Shown: piece by piece, positions 1 through 8,167 of the stretch | Position numbering within the stretch: the first letter of the stretch is position 1 | Layout: the number at the start of each line of letters is the position of its first letter | Assembly (NCBI GenBank): GCA_025453525.1 | Contig: JALOQD010000029.1 | Span: 1 to 43,958, forward strand | Source: Myxococcota bacterium | GTDB taxonomy: Bacteria > Myxococcota_A > Polyangia > JAAYKL01 | Length of the DNA: 43,958 nucleotides | Direction: 5' to 3' | Program-made: the position numbers and the translations under genes | The notes under the pieces: model-generated | What the model saw: only the letters and a program-made list of their open reading frames with translations | The model's database searches: none | What the model was told of the DNA's origin: nothing

Positions 1-222
1 CAGGGCGCGCCTGGTGGCGTATGCACCAACACCGACTGGGGCCTCCAGATTCCGGGCGCCCTCGAAGGCGGCGCCTGCATCTTCTCCGATGGTCAAGGCC
101 ACTTCTTCTGCGGTCTCGTGTGCCATTACGAGCAGGGTGGCCAGACTTACACAGGCGATTGCCCGCTCAACACCACCTGCGCCGTCGAGGATACCCAGGG
201 CATCTGCATGCCGCCGGCCTGA
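1..222 (+). CDS. 3' end of a CDS entering from upstream: Cys-rich C-terminus of a probable secreted protein (partial)
   Basis: Frame 1 is open from base 1 to TGA at 220-222 (QGAPGGVCTNTDWG...TQGICMPPA). It has G/C-rich third positions and 7 Cys. The M-started track ORFs 14..292 and 21..275 are the other two frames and look like R/P/S-rich shadows. Confidence 0.45.
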   Translation, partial: QGAPGGVCTNTDWGLQIPGALEGGACIFSDGQGHFFCGLVCHYEQGGQTYTGDCPLNTTCAVEDTQGICMPPA

Positions 223-264
223 GACCACGACCCCTTCCTCCTCTGCCTCAATCGTTAGGCGCCA

Positions 265-1365
265 TCAGTCGATAGGCTCAAACGGTAAGTAAAGCATGAA
301 CAGCCCGATCCCAGTGGCTGCCTCGTCCCGATCGAGCTTCAGAATCGCCGGAGGACCCGTGGGTTTGGTCTTGCGGGCCCTGGCTTCTTTTTCCAATTGG
401 CTCCTTGCCTGCACCAGGGCGCTCGAGGGACCTTTTTGATAGATGCGGAGCACCCGCTGCGCGGGCAAGGTGGCGTGCTTGGGCATGTCGTGAATGGCGC
501 CGCCTGGACACACAGGTACGATGAGCGACTCGACCTGCGGCTCTTTCTGGGCAACGGCCACCTGCCTTTGGGGCAAATCGCTCACCAAGACCCTCCCCAG
601 GATCGGCGGCATGGGCGGTTGAAAGACCCGCTCGTCTGCCTGGCCGAGCGTCGCTTGCGTCACCGACTCTGTCCAGAGGACCGTCGAATCCCTGGAGATC
701 ACGCGTTTGTGGGGGATGAGCAGGCCGTCGACCTCTTTGTAGTCAGAAAGCTCGAAGCGCCACTTTGTCTGGCTTTCATCGCTTTTCTTTTCTGTAAATA
801 GCACCGAAGCCAGCCGTTTGTCCGGTCCGTAGTCCGCCAGGAGCTTCTGCTTGGTGCCGTTTTGCCGGAGCTCCACGGCCGTGTGACCAGGCATCTCAGA
901 GGCTCTCGTGCGAAGGGTCACGCCCCAGCCCGCGACGTCGGTGTGGGGAAAAACAAGGGACGACAGGACTCTCATGGGCTCGGCCCAGAGGGATTCCTGC
1001 GGGCTGCAGTCCGTCTGCACACCGTAAACGAGACGTTGGCACTCCTGCGCTCTCCACACGTAGGTCACGCGATCGTCGACATACTCAAAACTATAGCGAT
1101 CGGCGCTCAGCCGCCGCACCCGGACAGTCAGGGTGCGCTCTGGGGTTGCGACGTCTGCTTCGTAGGTGAGCTTGCCATGAACGAGGCGCCATCTCTCGAG
1201 CCCTCCGATGGCTTCGATCCCCTCTCGCACAGTGGCGATGGCTCTGTCGGAATCGGCGGTTGCCGCCTCGATGGCCGAAGGCGTTTGGGGCTGCGTCGCT
1301 CGGGGACCCGCGCATCCAAGAAGAGGCGAGAGAAGAAGGACGAGCCGCCTCATTGCCGTTTTCAT
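265..1365 (-). CDS. hypothetical lipoprotein
   Basis: 366-aa ORF. N-terminus MKTAMRRLVLLLSPLLGCAG is a signal peptide plus lipobox (LLGC). AAGGAG lies upstream of the ATG. The ATG overlaps the stop of the upstream gene (ATGA at 1362-1365). Confidence 0.7.
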   Translation of the reverse strand: MKTAMRRLVLLLSPLLGCAGPRATQPQTPSAIEAATADSDRAIATVREGIEAIGGLERWRLVHGKLTYEADVATPERTLTVRVRRLSADRYSFEYVDDRVTYVWRAQECQRLVYGVQTDCSPQESLWAEPMRVLSSLVFPHTDVAGWGVTLRTRASEMPGHTAVELRQNGTKQKLLADYGPDKRLASVLFTEKKSDESQTKWRFELSDYKEVDGLLIPHKRVISRDSTVLWTESVTQATLGQADERVFQPPMPPILGRVLVSDLPQRQVAVAQKEPQVESLIVPVCPGGAIHDMPKHATLPAQRVLRIYQKGPSSALVQARSQLEKEARARKTKPTGPPAILKLDRDEAATGIGLFMLYLPFEPID

Positions 1366-1931
1366 CGGTCTGTCTCCTTGGGGCCGTGGCCGGCCTCGAG
1401 CGCTTTTCGGGCGTCTCGCCTAAGCCCGAGCATGGTGAGGCCCATGAGGATGAAGGCCGCGAGGATGGGAAGAACCATGAACGCGGCGATGAGCGTCGGT
1501 GGGGAGAAATAGAGCACCGGTTTTCTCACCGAGCTTTCGTACATGAGCTGGTAGACAGCGGCCAGAAAGACGTTGAGCCCGAGTAAAGAGGCTTCGATGG
1601 TGAACCGGATACGGGCGAGCAGCTCGGCCCGAGTTTCGTCGCTTCCCAGCCAGTATCGATGCCCGGGGACGAGCAAGAACCTCCCGGGGAGCCTGGGCAG
1701 GAAAAGGTGAAGCACGAGGAGGCTGAGGTTGGCCGCTGCGGTGATGCCAATCCACGCCATGAAAAAAGCGGTCGAGTCCACGCCAGTCTCGTCCCTGGTC
1801 GCACCCATGGACTCTGAAAACGGGGCCGCGGTGGCCGCGAGAAACCCAAGATGAGCTGCCAAGGGGACGAGCCACAGGATTTTGGGGAGGTATTTCAAGT
1901 GGGCTGCCTCGTTTTCGTCAGCGCATTCCAA
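1362..1931 (-). CDS. hypothetical integral membrane protein
   Basis: 189-aa ORF with about 4 hydrophobic segments, translationally coupled to the lipoprotein gene. The start is uncertain. The track start at 1931 is TTG. An internal TTG at 1898, preceded by GAGG, would remove the 14-nt overlap with the protease gene. Confidence 0.6.
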   Translation of the reverse strand: MECADENEAAHLKYLPKILWLVPLAAHLGFLAATAAPFSESMGATRDETGVDSTAFFMAWIGITAAANLSLLVLHLFLPRLPGRFLLVPGHRYWLGSDETRAELLARIRFTIEASLLGLNVFLAAVYQLMYESSVRKPVLYFSPPTLIAAFMVLPILAAFILMGLTMLGLRRDARKALEAGHGPKETDR

Positions 1932-2892
1932 ACGAGGCGAAAAGCGGCATCACCACGTCGATTCGAATGCCGTAGTTGTATCCCGTGAGAGTCGTACCGC
2001 TTTGGGCATAGCCACCGGCGTTGATACCCACTACGCGACCTTGGGCATCGAACATGGGGCTGCCCGAGGTTCCGCCGCTGATAAAGGCCGAGTGCTGGAT
2101 GAGCACGTTGGTCGAGGAGTCTCCAGGCACGAGGCTCAACGTTGTGAGGCGTCCCACCTCACCGCGGGTGAACGTGGCTTCTGGGGCGACGAGTGTCGAA
2201 AGCCTGGCCGGAAAGCCGTACACGAAGATGGTCGAGCCCACTGCGAGGCTTCCGAGGTGCGGACCTTGGGCCAAGGTGCAGGCGGTCGGCAGAGGCCCTG
2301 CCACTTCCAGGAGCCCCACATCCGGCGAGAGCTGACCTTGGACGTACCCCGGATGCGCGAGCGTGCGCGTGACGGAATAGGATCTCCCAGCCGTGCCGTT
2401 CATCAAGGCGACGATGCCGCGGTACGCGCCTTGCGCCTCTCTGACGCAGTGGGCATTGGTGGCGAGCAAGTTGGAAGAGACCGCAAACGCTGTGCAGAAA
2501 CCCTCGAGGCCTGCCCCGCGATCTCCGGCCAAGAGAAAGACGTTGAATCGATTGCTCGCCGCGATCCCAGTGCCCACGGGCTCGCCGTAGTTGAAGGCCG
2601 TGTTCTGATAGACCGGCGCGTTGGGCTTGCGCCAAACGAGGGTGACCGAAAGGGCAATACCACCAGCGATGAGAACCGCGATGAGCCCAAGGACGAGCCA
2701 GGTTCTTCGCGCACTCGTCCGGAGCCGGTCCTCCACGAGCGCGACATAGTACCCGGTGGTCTTTTTGGGCCCGCGGCGCAGACCGGCTTGGGCAAGGACG
2801 CGCTGGATCATGAGCCCAACGGTGCGTTCTCCATAGGCCTTGGGCGGTGGGGAGTCGCCACTCGGGCCTGGTACTTTGTCGGTGACACTCAT
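1918..2892 (-). CDS. membrane-anchored trypsin-like (S1 family) serine protease
   Basis: Catalytic motifs are TNAHCV (His), DVGLLEV (Asp) and GGTSGSPMF (Ser). A TM helix WLVLGLIAVLIAGGIALSVTLVW precedes the protease domain. I chose the ATG at 2892 (MSVTDK...) because the longer ORF to 3078 would overlap the divergent lipoprotein gene and its RBS. Confidence 0.8.
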   Translation of the reverse strand: MSVTDKVPGPSGDSPPPKAYGERTVGLMIQRVLAQAGLRRGPKKTTGYYVALVEDRLRTSARRTWLVLGLIAVLIAGGIALSVTLVWRKPNAPVYQNTAFNYGEPVGTGIAASNRFNVFLLAGDRGAGLEGFCTAFAVSSNLLATNAHCVREAQGAYRGIVALMNGTAGRSYSVTRTLAHPGYVQGQLSPDVGLLEVAGPLPTACTLAQGPHLGSLAVGSTIFVYGFPARLSTLVAPEATFTRGEVGRLTTLSLVPGDSSTNVLIQHSAFISGGTSGSPMFDAQGRVVGINAGGYAQSGTTLTGYNYGIRIDVVMPLFASFGMR

Positions 2893-3046
2893 GAATTGCG
2901 TTCCATATCGCGTGGCAAAGTATATAGGCCCACGGGTCGCGCCGGCAAGAATCACTCTCGCAGTGGGCCAAAGGTTTGTGTTAGAGTCACTCCTGCCCCA
3001 AACGGCAAACGGTGGTCTCGTGACTTTTTTACAAGGAGAGAAGCGA

Positions 3047-3697
3047 ATGAAAGCGACATGGACGATTCTGGCTCTCACCCTGCTCGTTGGTCTCTTTGGC
3101 TATGCCGGGGTTGCCTGCGGCGACGACGATGATGAACCTGCCGGCGAAGGCGAAGGCGAAGGCGAAGGAGAGGGCGAAGGCGAGGGCGAAGGCGAAGGAG
3201 AGGGTGAAGGCGAAGGCGAGGGCGAAGGCGAGGGTGAAGGCGAGGGTGAAGGCGAAGGCGAGGGCGAAGGCGAGGGCGAAGGCTTCACCGTGAGCGGCGT
3301 GGTGACTCGTTCGCTCGGCGTGGGCAAAGACGACGGTATCGGCACTCTGTGCCTCGTCATCGTCGCTGGCTGTCCCTCGATGAGCAACCAGAGCCCCGAG
3401 CCACTCGAAGGGGCTGCTGCCACCATCGAGGACGCCGACATGTCTGAGGATGACGTGGAAATCGAGTACGAAATCACCGTGCCTGCCGGCGCGGCGGCTT
3501 CTGACACCGAATATTTCGTGATGGGTGTGCTGCGCCTGGACGGCAGCGCCTGCGACACCAACAAAGGCAAGCCGTCGAAAAACGATCTCCTCACCTTCGG
3601 AGGAATGGGTGGAGCCGCCTGCGGTAGCTTTACCTACGATGGCGACGCAGCATACACCGACGTGGCCGTTAACCTCAATTTCGCCATGCCCTTCTGA
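3047..3697 (+). CDS. lipoprotein with acidic (Gly-Glu)n low-complexity linker
   Basis: AAGGAGAG lies 8 nt upstream of the ATG at 3047. The signal peptide and lipobox are MKATWTILALTLLVGLFGYAGVAC|GDDDDE, followed by about 23 GE dipeptides and a ~140-aa globular C-terminal part. The track ORF start at 2840 is upstream of the RBS and signal peptide. Confidence 0.75.
   Translation: MKATWTILALTLLVGLFGYAGVACGDDDDEPAGEGEGEGEGEGEGEGEGEGEGEGEGEGEGEGEGEGEGEGEGEGEGEGFTVSGVVTRSLGVGKDDGIGTLCLVIVAGCPSMSNQSPEPLEGAAATIEDADMSEDDVEIEYEITVPAGAAASDTEYFVMGVLRLDGSACDTNKGKPSKNDLLTFGGMGGAACGSFTYDGDAAYTDVAVNLNFAMPF
3143..3283 (+). repeat. in-frame hexanucleotide tandem repeat (GGC/GGA/GGT-GAA/GAG)x~23 encoding (GE)n
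   Basis: Directly visible run of GGCGAA/GGCGAG/GGAGAG/GGTGAA units from 3143 to 3283. The other frames give the (KA)n and (SP)n pseudo-ORFs in the track. Confidence 0.9.
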
Positions 3698-3698
3698 T

Positions 3699-4427
3699 TC
3701 ACGCTCCGCGCTTGCGCGCGACCATCACCAAGAACCCGCCGAATCTGCCGAGCCGTGAGCGACTGGCCAGTCTTTCGACTTTGGGCATGACCTCTCGGAC
3801 GACTGGTAGACGCAAAAGAGCCGCGCTCGGCGTGAGCACGCGCACACCGTAAAACGCCTCGAGGGCCACGTCGGCAGGGAGATACGAGGCCGCTTCGCTC
3901 GGACTGTCCCAGCGGGTAAAGACCTCGCTTTCGTCGCGACTCTCGCTGATGCGGCCAGGGCGGGTCAGGCGCTTGGCCAAATACCGCACACTGTGGCGGT
4001 TGTAGAGCTCGGCGATGAGCAGTCCGCCTGGACGAAGCACGCGCGCCATCTCGGACAGGGCAGCGCGGATGTCAGGCACATGGGCGAGCACCTTGACCGA
4101 ATACGCGACATCGAAGCGCTCATCGCCAAAGGGCAAGGCCGTGGCTGATCCCTGGACGACTCCGTGGCCTCGCTCCCGCGCTTTTCGGACCATGCCCATG
4201 GACAGGTCCACACCGAGCAGCCGGCTCGGACTCGCCTTGGCGCCGGCGAGCCGTTCCATGATGAGGCCAGTCCCGCAGCCCACCTCGAGCACCTGCCGGC
4301 CCTCGCAATGAGGCGCGATGAGGCTCGTCTCGAGGTCGTCGAGCATCGCGTGGTAGCCGTGGTGACGCTGCTTCTCGTACCAGCTCGAAAAATCGTCGTA
4401 ATAGCGCCGCGCATGGGCGTCGTTCAT
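3699..4427 (-). CDS. class I SAM-dependent methyltransferase (Methyltransf_11-like)
   Basis: Motif I is VLEVGCGTGLIMERL, with an acidic residue after beta-2 (GVDLS) and RVLRPGGLL. ATGA overlap with the upstream GT4 gene at 4424-4427. Confidence 0.8.
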   Translation of the reverse strand: MNDAHARRYYDDFSSWYEKQRHHGYHAMLDDLETSLIAPHCEGRQVLEVGCGTGLIMERLAGAKASPSRLLGVDLSMGMVRKARERGHGVVQGSATALPFGDERFDVAYSVKVLAHVPDIRAALSEMARVLRPGGLLIAELYNRHSVRYLAKRLTRPGRISESRDESEVFTRWDSPSEAASYLPADVALEAFYGVRVLTPSAALLRLPVVREVMPKVERLASRSRLGRFGGFLVMVARKRGA

Positions 4428-5560
4428 CTGAGCACCTCGTCGTAAATGGTCTCTACAGCTTGGGACATCGCTGCGGCATTGAACGTCGTCGCCACAGCCG
4501 CCTCTCCTCTTTGGCCCAGGGTCTCGGCGAGGCTTGGCGTGGACAAAATGGTCGAGACCGCGGTGGCCAGACGGCCAGGATCTGCTGGGGCGACACCGAT
4601 GCCGCAGCCGGTCTCGAGGAGCTCGCTGAGCGGACCGACATCGGCGAGAACCACAGGGATGCGCTGACTCATGGCCTCGAGCACTACGAGGGGTGCGTCC
4701 ATCTTCGCATACAGAGTCTCCGCTGGCAGGACCACCGCGTCGCTCGCGCCGACGAGCGCGGGCATGTCTTGTACATGCTCGAGAAACACGACGCGACCTT
4801 CGCGTGTGTGGCTCTCCAGCCTTCGTTTGAGCTCCCCGAGCACCTGCGCCGCTGCCCCGGTCTTGGCGCGACAGGCCAGCACCAGCACCGCATCGGCGTT
4901 CTGTATCAAAATGCTCTCGGCGGCCGCGGCGACCGTGCGGCTCGCTGAGGAGAACTCCAGATCGCCGGGATACAGCACGATCCGGGACGTCGGGGGCAGG
5001 CCGAGCTCGCTCTTGGTCGCCGCGCGCTTCTCCTCTTTTGGCCTGGCAATGGGCTCGATGCCAGGTCTGACCACGGAGATCCGCGCTGCCGGAAAGCCCG
5101 AGGCGATACAGAGTCCCCGCGTGTGTTGGGACAGCGCGATGACGGCGTCAGCGAAAAGCAACGAAGCAAAGGCCTGGGTATTCCTCGGTATGGAGCAGAT
5201 GGTCTGAACGCTAGGGACGCCCGATATCTGAGCGAGCGCTCGCCCGGCAAGAGAGGTCACGGGATTGGGCGCGAAAAAGTAGTGGTACAAGGCCGCGCCC
5301 CGAGGTCGCACGCCGTAGAGAAAAACGCGCAGGTTTCGGCTGAGCCCGGCCGCGTACGTCCCCTGGTCGTCGTAGAGCGGCACACAGGTGCACTGCGGGC
5401 TCAAGGGACTGCTCCCGCGCTCTTTGGTGACAAGCGCTCGATAGCGATAGCCGCCTGCAAAACGAACCTGCGCATGGGCGATATTCTTGGCCGAATCGTC
5501 CCAGGGCGGGACGAGCGGCTTGGTCACGAGGAAGACCTCGGGTTTTTCTATGTCGTGCAT
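4424..5560 (-). CDS. GT-B fold glycosyltransferase (GT4-like)
   Basis: C-terminal Glycos_transf_1-type region ...VVLPAETLYAKMDAPLVVLEAMSQRIPVVLADVGPLSELL (EX7E-like). The ATG at 5560 (MHDIEKPEVFLV...) is preferred over the track start at 5656. Confidence 0.8.
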   Translation of the reverse strand: MHDIEKPEVFLVTKPLVPPWDDSAKNIAHAQVRFAGGYRYRALVTKERGSSPLSPQCTCVPLYDDQGTYAAGLSRNLRVFLYGVRPRGAALYHYFFAPNPVTSLAGRALAQISGVPSVQTICSIPRNTQAFASLLFADAVIALSQHTRGLCIASGFPAARISVVRPGIEPIARPKEEKRAATKSELGLPPTSRIVLYPGDLEFSSASRTVAAAAESILIQNADAVLVLACRAKTGAAAQVLGELKRRLESHTREGRVVFLEHVQDMPALVGASDAVVLPAETLYAKMDAPLVVLEAMSQRIPVVLADVGPLSELLETGCGIGVAPADPGRLATAVSTILSTPSLAETLGQRGEAAVATTFNAAAMSQAVETIYDEVLR

Positions 5561-5768
5561 GGGCTTTCTCTCCGGTCCCAAGGGTTTAGGGGATGGACCA
5601 CACGCCGTCAACTGGGTCAAAGGAAGGGCACCCCGGAAAATGCCCCACGGCTGCAACGCGGGTTGCCTCGCTGCAAGCTTTCACGAGGCAATCCCGCTGC
5701 GCGCCGGGGTCATTTTCATTCTCATTGGTGGTCGCAGCAGCGGCCATGAGCGTTTGATTGGACGATGC

Positions 5769-7322
5769 TCAGTGCGGGACCGGAGCGACGCTCTCGGTTC
5801 CGATGCTGCGAAATTCGCTGATGAACTCCATGACGGCTTCGAGGGCGGTTGCCTCGCTGGGCCCGCCGAGCAGGTCGTGTCCGCCTTTCTCTAGCCAGAC
5901 GAGCTCGCGCCGCACCGAGCGCACGGTTTCGTAGAGAACATTGGCCGAGACCGGAACGACGATGCGGTCATCTTTGGCTTGGATGATGCGAAGCGGCGTG
6001 TGCACGAGGCTCGCGTTGTCGAGGCTCTCCTGAATGTACTCGTAGAGCTCGGCAAAGGTGGCGGTGGGGAAGCGCGTGTAGCCCTTGAGCTTCGGCGGAC
6101 GCTCCTCGGCCATGAGACCAGCGGGCGTATGGGTATACTTGGCCGCCTCCGCAGCGGTGGACGCAAACCTCGCCCTGGGATCCTTGAGCTTGAATGGCGC
6201 CCCGACAGAGCATACCCCGGCGCACAGATCTGGATGCCGCGCCGCGAGCTCGAGCCCGACAAGGGCACCCATGCCAAATCCGACGACCACGACGTGCTCG
6301 CTCGTTTCGAGCAGAGACACGAGAGCGGCTCGGGCATCGACGAACCAATCTCTGGACGTGACGCCGATCATGTCTTGGGGCCTGGTTCCATGTCCGCTGA
6401 ACGTCGGAGCGGCAAAGGGGATGCCCTGGGAGGAGAGCCTTTCGAGTAAAGGAAAAAGCGCTGCTGGCGATGAGGCAAAGTCGTGCAGCGCGAGCACTCC
6501 GAGCGACAAAGAGCGATGTGGCTCCGCGACCGGCACTTGAAGGGGCGCGTAGTTGGCGCGATGATCCACGAGCTCGCTGATGGCCAGCATCAGCTCGTCG
6601 GTCAGCTCTCGGTACACTTCTCGAGAGAGCGTGCCAGTGCCGTGTTGGTCGTAGTAGATGGGCTCACCAAAACGAACGGTGACCGGCGTGGGTTGGGGCA
6701 TGCGCAAGAGCTCGAGCCGCGGATACACCTCTGGCGGCAGGGCTCTGCCTGTTCCAGAAATGCCGATCGGAACGATGGGAACCCCGGCGCGAAGGGCGAG
6801 CCGCACAGCGCCGGTTCTGCCGCGCAAAAGGCCAGTACGAGGGTCGACGAGGTGGCGTGGGATATCCTCCTCGCCTGGAATGGTGCCCTCGGGAAAGATC
6901 CCCATGGCCCAGCCGCGCCGAAGGGCATCGGCGATATTCTGCAGTCCGGAATCATCGCCTCCCCGGCGTACGAACAGCGACTCGGACAGGCGGACGAGGT
7001 GCCTCATGATGCGCCAAGAGGCGAACTCGGCCTTGGCCACGAAGTGCACCCGTCGCGGGCTCGCGGCGATGATCGCCGAGACGTCGAGCCAGCTCTGGTG
7101 ATTGGACGCGAGAATGACCCCTCCTCCGGCAGGGAGATTGTCCTCTCCCTGGACGTCGAGATCATTGATGCCGCGCAGTTGCGCGCGCAGGGCCATTCTC
7201 ACGGTGTTGTAGGCCGCGTCCGATAGCTTGGAAAGGCGACCTATGCGCTCCAACCAGCGCACGGTGACACCCAGAGCGGCGTCCGCGGGCCAGACCAGGG
7301 AATCGAGCATCAGGGAAGGCAT
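5769..7322 (-). CDS. fusion protein: lysophospholipid/1-acylglycerol-3-phosphate acyltransferase (PlsC-like) + carboxylesterase-like alpha/beta-hydrolase domain
   Basis: The N-terminal half has the acyltransferase motifs NHQSWLD (HX4D) and FPEGT. The C-terminal half aligns by eye to the YvaK/Est30 carboxylesterase pattern (LALHDF..., GHG, DW, AKDDRIV, GGHDL). The nucleophile elbow reads GFGMG instead of GXSXG. The track start at 7358 is TTG; the ATG at 7322 (MPSLMLD) is used here. Confidence 0.75.
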   Translation of the reverse strand: MPSLMLDSLVWPADAALGVTVRWLERIGRLSKLSDAAYNTVRMALRAQLRGINDLDVQGEDNLPAGGGVILASNHQSWLDVSAIIAASPRRVHFVAKAEFASWRIMRHLVRLSESLFVRRGGDDSGLQNIADALRRGWAMGIFPEGTIPGEEDIPRHLVDPRTGLLRGRTGAVRLALRAGVPIVPIGISGTGRALPPEVYPRLELLRMPQPTPVTVRFGEPIYYDQHGTGTLSREVYRELTDELMLAISELVDHRANYAPLQVPVAEPHRSLSLGVLALHDFASSPAALFPLLERLSSQGIPFAAPTFSGHGTRPQDMIGVTSRDWFVDARAALVSLLETSEHVVVVGFGMGALVGLELAARHPDLCAGVCSVGAPFKLKDPRARFASTAAEAAKYTHTPAGLMAEERPPKLKGYTRFPTATFAELYEYIQESLDNASLVHTPLRIIQAKDDRIVVPVSANVLYETVRSVRRELVWLEKGGHDLLGGPSEATALEAVMEFISEFRSIGTESVAPVPH

Positions 7323-7499
7323 ACTGTCTCGCAAATGTGGCCTCCAGTCCTCTTGCAAGAGGAAGGGTCTTTGCTGTTTCTAAACGTAATTTCTAAGATC
7401 GCCTTTGTCAGCGCAATGGGTTTCCTCATGTTTTCGACACGCGAGTTGACAGTTGGGTAAAAGGTGCGGTTCTCTAGCCCGCAAAGAAGGAGGTGAAAC

Positions 7500-8165
7500 G
7501 TGCCTACGCGACGAAGTGTCTTCGTTACCTTGATCGCCCTCTTGGCCGCGTGCGCCGCGGTGGCGAGCAGTCAGACAGCGACAGCGGAGGGGGTCATCGC
7601 CGAGGATGACGAGTCCGCATCGCCCAATCCGGTGGGCGGCTACCTTACCTTCATGCTCGGCTTGGGTGGACGCTACGACGACCTGCGGATGTGCGTGGCC
7701 TCTCCTGCTGGCGCCAAGGGCGGTCCGGTCGCCGAATTCGCAGGCTTGGGGCTGAGACTGCGGCCTAGCGCGGCCTTGTCCGTGGACGCCAATATTCCCC
7801 TCGGCCGAGCGCTGTTGTTCGCGATCGCGTTTCAGATGCTTCAGTGGGAGCCGGACATCGCGGTCAACTTTCACCTCGGCATCGACGAGCGATCCGAGGT
7901 CATCATCGGGCCGGCCCTGGGCGCGGCGTTTCACTTTGGCCCGGACTACCGCAGTGATCTCGACACCAAGCCGCGGCGAGACTTCTTTGCCATCGCACCC
8001 AAGGTTTCGGTGCTGCTCGGCTACGGCAAGTGGTTGTCGAGTGGGACCACCGAGCGCATCATCGGCGTGCGGCCTTTCTTCGAGTACTTCTTCGGCCAGA
8101 ACGACCGCCGGGGCGTCACCATCGGCGCCATGCTCGAATTCCAGTGGGCTCGCAAGCTGTTGTAA
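7500..8165 (+). CDS. secreted hypothetical protein, possibly a small outer-membrane beta-barrel
   Basis: GAAGGAGG lies 6-7 nt upstream of the GTG at 7500. The signal peptide is MPTRRSVFVTLIALLAACAAVASS. The rest has alternating hydrophobic/polar strand-like segments. Confidence 0.5.
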   Translation: MPTRRSVFVTLIALLAACAAVASSQTATAEGVIAEDDESASPNPVGGYLTFMLGLGGRYDDLRMCVASPAGAKGGPVAEFAGLGLRLRPSAALSVDANIPLGRALLFAIAFQMLQWEPDIAVNFHLGIDERSEVIIGPALGAAFHFGPDYRSDLDTKPRRDFFAIAPKVSVLLGYGKWLSSGTTERIIGVRPFFEYFFGQNDRRGVTIGAMLEFQWARKLL

Positions 8166-8167
8166 TG

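Noticed and set aside
1882-3132. 416-aa plus-strand ORF
   Set aside because: It is antisense to the S1 protease gene, R/G/A/E-rich and without motifs. It also overlaps the well-supported lipoprotein start. It is a typical shadow ORF of GC-rich DNA.
3087-3594. KA-rich 68-aa (+) and SP-rich 164-aa (-) ORFs
   Set aside because: They are alternative-frame and antisense readings of the (GE)n hexamer repeat. The GE frame is the one with an RBS, a signal peptide and a lipobox.
7446-7475. TTGACA at 7446-7451 as the -35 box of a promoter for the 7500 gene
   Set aside because: No acceptable -10 hexamer lies at 16-19 nt spacing.
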